A DNA stretch of 64,000 bases from Candidatus Dormiibacterota bacterium (lineage in GTDB: Bacteria; Chloroflexota; Dormibacteria; Aeolococcales; Aeolococcaceae). The position numbers and the translations under genes are program-made. The number at the start of each line of letters is the position of its first letter. Position 1 is the stretch's first letter. The notes under the pieces are model-generated. The model was given only the letters and a program-made list of their open reading frames with translations. It ran no database searches and was not told the origin of the DNA. Location of the stretch: assembly GCA_963768105.1 (NCBI GenBank), contig CAVYGR010000003.1, positions 331,848 to 395,847 of the forward strand, read 5' to 3'. Positions 62,427 to 64,000 of this stretch are shown here, piece by piece.

Positions 62427-63050
62427 GTGAGTGTCAATGCCGTGTGTCTCATCGGCTTGGTGGCTGTCCGTCCGACGTGGGACCAGGAGTTGTCGTTGGC
62501 ATCAGTGCTTGTCGTCACCGCTGGAGGCGATGGAGCGTTCCGCGAGCGCCATCGTGTTGTCGTCAAGCGGTCGATCACAGAGGTGGCGCTGGCGCTCGGC
62601 GTGGGCCAGCAAATCTTCGTGACCGGCACCGTGCAACGCGACCACAGGAACCGCGTGATCGTGGTGGCACGAGAGTTGTGGCCGATCGGGGACGTGCCGG
62701 GTGGGACGGCGGTCCAGCGCCTCGGTGGGAACACATGCGTCACCTCGCGAGCACCAGCGAGCAGGGCACTGGCGTCGCGTCTCGATCGGCGGTCCTCGAG
62801 AACGCCTGGTCTGGGTGCGGACGACCACCGTCGGGCGCGATCGCTGAGGGTAGGCCCCGTTTCCGGGTGCACCGTTCGGCCGCGCCGTCAGCGAGACGAT
62901 CGATGGGATCTGCGGTCGGTGCTTGCGGCATCGACGTCGTGGCGGTGGAGGATGGGATTGTCGCGGTTCAGTTCCTCATCCAGCCCCGCGTCGAGGCATT
63001 CTCGGCAGAAGAACCGGCTGCTGCGCACCCCATGGCAGGCGATGCACTGA
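62427..63050 (+). CDS. SSB-like OB-fold protein; only the first ~95 codons look genuine, 3' end uncertain
   Basis: VNAVCLIGLVAVRPTW....ASVLVVT....HRVVVKRSITEVALALGVGQQIFVTGTVQRD fits the SSB OB-fold pattern. The remaining ORF is low complexity and overlaps the convergent zinc-ribbon gene. Confidence 0.45.
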   Translation: MSVNAVCLIGLVAVRPTWDQELSLASVLVVTAGGDGAFRERHRVVVKRSITEVALALGVGQQIFVTGTVQRDHRNRVIVVARELWPIGDVPGGTAVQRLGGNTCVTSRAPASRALASRLDRRSSRTPGLGADDHRRARSLRVGPVSGCTVRPRRQRDDRWDLRSVLAASTSWRWRMGLSRFSSSSSPASRHSRQKNRLLRTPWQAMH

Positions 63051-63097
63051 TTCCACGACTGGTCAGAGCGGTCGTCGGGGATGATCGTTGCAGTCAT
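62888..63097 (-). CDS. small zinc-ribbon protein
   Basis: ATG at 63097 is preceded by a strong SD (AAGGAGA) 6 nt upstream. Translation MTATIIPDDRSDQSWNQCIACHG...FFCRECL carries CxxC pairs. Confidence 0.6.
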   Translation of the reverse strand: MTATIIPDDRSDQSWNQCIACHGVRSSRFFCRECLDAGLDEELNRDNPILHRHDVDAASTDRRSHRSSR

Positions 63098-63350
63098 CTC
63101 GGGTCTCCTTCGAGCGGTTGATGCATGCAAGCTCCAGGCCCGGACGCCGCTGCGCTGTCAGGGGCGCGGTTCGTGCGTCAGCTCGAACCCGGTGCGCAGC
63201 ACGTCACCCTTGACAGAAGGAGCAGCGGCGGGAGGGACCCTGCTGTCATGCGTCGGTCGGTCGGAGGAGCCGAGACGCGATCGCACGGCGTTCCCCGGCG
63301 CGTTGCCCGCGAGCGTGCTGGCGTCTCGCTTCGATGCGCAGGCGGGCGCC

Positions 63351-63806
63351 TCACTCCCAGCCCTCCTCGGAGCGGAAGGAGAAGTGCTCGGTGTCGGTCA
63401 CGATGATGTGATCCAACAGCGGGAGACCGACGATCTGGGCGGCGTTGCGCAGCGCCGCGGTGACGACACGATCCGCACGCGATGGTGTCGCGTCGGCAGA
63501 TGGATGGTTGTGGCAGACGATCAGCCCCGCCGCGTTCGCGCAGAGCGCCGGCACCAGCACGTCGCGGGGTTGCAGGCGGGCAGCATTGATCGTGCCTCGC
63601 GCCACCTCGGCGTAGCCGCTGATGCGATTCCGAGCGTTGACGAAGAGCACCAGGATGCACTCGGTGATCTCCTCGCCGATGATGTGCCGGGCGATGTCGA
63701 CAGCCTCACGCGGACTGTTGACCGGCGCGTGGTTGGGATAGGTCGCATCAGCGTCGCGAACGACCGAGAACGAGTAGCGGCGGGTGGTGACCCGAACTGC
63801 GGGCAT
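63351..63806 (-). CDS. radC: RadC-like JAB-domain protein
   Basis: ATG at 63806 with GGAGAG SD. The VCHNHPSADATPSRAD JAMM-like motif is typical of RadC/DUF2466. Confidence 0.86.
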   Translation of the reverse strand: MPAVRVTTRRYSFSVVRDADATYPNHAPVNSPREAVDIARHIIGEEITECILVLFVNARNRISGYAEVARGTINAARLQPRDVLVPALCANAAGLIVCHNHPSADATPSRADRVVTAALRNAAQIVGLPLLDHIIVTDTEHFSFRSEEGWE

Positions 63807-64000
63807 GGTGGCTCTCCGTGGGTGTGGATTCGACGCCCACGGGCCGGCAGGTGTCGCCGGCGCGGAAGAGGCCCGAGCCGCAGGCGAGCTCGTCTTGGGC
63901 CTTGCAGCGCCAAGAGGCGGCATCTGCCACGGTGGCGGAGGTGAATCCACACGGAGAGTCCAGGTGTGCGGTCAGTGGCTCCGACCAGCGATTGCGTAAG

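Larger units (their letters stand above)
54701..64000. mobile_element. tRNA-Pro-associated integrative mobilizable/conjugative element (left end; truncated by window)
   Basis: An integrase lies directly 3' of the tRNA after an AT-richer stretch (54701-54830). It is followed by XRE, DUF4913-like, MobF relaxase, parA/RHH, SSB-like and RadC genes. The right end and any T4SS genes are not in the window. Confidence 0.75.

Overview
High-GC (roughly 70% by eye) bacterial chromosomal segment. Gene content and tightly overlapping operons suggest Actinomycetota, but this is inference and no search was run.

Positions 1-54.6 kb are core metabolism:
- A translationally coupled LysW-dependent alpha-aminoadipate lysine operon on the minus strand (hcs-lysT-lysU-lysW-lysX-lysK-lysY-lysZ, 7986-14783). 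lysW is a 52-codon ORF absent from the supplied ORF track.
- A divergent histidine operon (hisC-Z-G-D-B-H-A-F-I, 15038-22471).
- Sulfite reductase-cysH-cysG.
- A divergent catabolic island: aldehyde dehydrogenase, GS-like enzyme, SDRs, hydrolases and an APC permease.
- A polar amino-acid ABC transporter.
- A form-II CoxSLM-type molybdoenzyme with mmsA.
- eno, a Cys/Met PLP enzyme, cysM-mec and der.

At 54627 a tRNA-Pro(GGG) is followed by a tyrosine integrase and an integrated mobilizable or conjugative element that runs off the window end. It carries an XRE regulator, a DUF4913-like protein, a MobF relaxase-helicase, ParA plus a small RHH-like protein, an SSB-like protein, a zinc-ribbon protein and RadC.

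The most unusual sequence-level signals are inside this element:
- About 36 phase-locked 9-bp CGCGA repeats (60747-61066) lie beside the par genes, and the same repeat recurs upstream of parA.
- A 24-nt motif is conserved in three intergenic regions.
- The relaxase upstream region looks oriT-like.

At least 10 conserved genes show single-nucleotide frame breaks. Assembly or homopolymer errors are more likely than mass pseudogenisation.

No CRISPR array or rRNA was seen. All family assignments come from motifs read in the translations and recalled family signatures, not from database searches.
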